The translations under genes were made by a program, and so were the position numbers. Below are positions 63,782 to 64,000 of a stretch of 64,000 nucleotides of DNA, one piece after another. The stretch lies in contig CAMMMH010000002.1 of assembly GCA_946497955.1 (NCBI GenBank), forward strand, positions 22,496 to 86,495, given 5' to 3'. This stretch comes from an uncultured Mycoplasmatota bacterium (lineage in GTDB: Bacteria > Bacillota_I > Bacilli_A > RF39 > UBA660). The notes beneath the pieces are model-generated. The model saw nothing but the letters and a program-made list of their open reading frames with translations, was not told where the DNA came from and did no database searches. The stretch's first letter is position 1. Each line of letters begins with the position of its first letter.

Positions 63782-64000
63782 TTAATCATTTAAAACTCTA
63801 TTAATCCAACCTCTTAAATATTTTATATTATTTCCTTTTGCAGCTATATTATTATAATATTTAATTCTTCCTAATTTGTATTTTGCTACAAATAAATCTT
63901 CTCCTAAACTATCTCTTAAATAATTTAAACTATCTTTTGTTATTTGCAATTCTCTTTCTAAATTAATTATTTTAATAATATTAGCTTCATCAGATATAGT
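63782..64000 (-). CDS. hypothetical protein, C-terminal 72 codons (gene starts beyond the right window edge)
   Basis: My translation of the - strand is open from nt 64000 to TAA at 63784-63782: ...ELQITKDSLNYLRDSLGEDLFVAKYKLGRIKYYNNIAAKGNNIKYLRGWINRVLND. Confidence 0.45.
   Translation of the reverse strand, partial: TISDEANIIKIINLERELQITKDSLNYLRDSLGEDLFVAKYKLGRIKYYNNIAAKGNNIKYLRGWINRVLND

Noticed and set aside
1-64000. tRNA/rRNA genes, CRISPR arrays, integrase or transposase, diversity-generating retroelement, introns or inteins in terL, portal or MCP, and stop-codon reassignment
   Set aside because: - Non-coding gaps are short and almost pure A+T, with no cloverleaf-capable GC-rich segments.
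- There are no repeat-spacer arrays.
- No recombinase or reverse-transcriptase motifs were seen in any translation.
- The hallmark genes and the giant ORFs are continuous under the standard genetic code, so recoding or splicing is not needed to explain them.

Overview
This 64-kb window is a very AT-rich (roughly 30% G+C by eye), densely coding dsDNA phage segment. From memory, not from any search, its gene content and order match crAss-like phages (Crassvirales) of Bacteroidota, close to the prototypical human-gut crAssphage.

Layout:
- nt 1-8990 (+ strand) is the end of the replication and nucleotide-metabolism module. It holds the 3' part of an ATP-dependent DNA ligase, a P-loop dNMP-kinase-like protein, ThyX, a DUF932 protein, dUTPase and many small unknown ORFs.
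- At 8990-9129 this module converges, at a bidirectional hairpin terminator, with a ~55-kb leftward (- strand) gene array.
- Read in its transcription direction, the array contains: small ORFs; a GH108 muramidase plus two membrane proteins; large terminase; portal; a scaffold-like protein; major capsid protein; head and tail proteins; a 1208-aa fibre with a C-terminal SGNH esterase; a stand-alone higher-GC gene bracketed by its own terminators; a 1529-aa tail protein; and four very large ORFs (721, 889, 2172 and ~4506 aa).
- The largest ORF carries a DFDVD motif, as expected for the virion-packaged double-psi-beta-barrel RNA polymerase of crAss-like phages.
- I saw no rRNA, tRNA, CRISPR array, integrase, transposase or reverse transcriptase. 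Long ORFs are uninterrupted under the standard code.

The most interesting unexplained signals are at the DNA level:
1. A GC-rich 15-21 nt motif (RTTAAA)TYCCCTGTAGAGGRA is present about 11-13 times on both strands. Almost all copies lie inside unrelated coding regions and in different reading frames.
2. A 14-nt palindrome AGCTAWWWWTAGCT is concentrated in the few intergenic spacers, usually as pairs 67-77 bp apart.
3. A 20-nt block is identical upstream of two giant genes.

All functional calls rest on motifs I could read in the translations plus remembered family knowledge. None has been verified by search.
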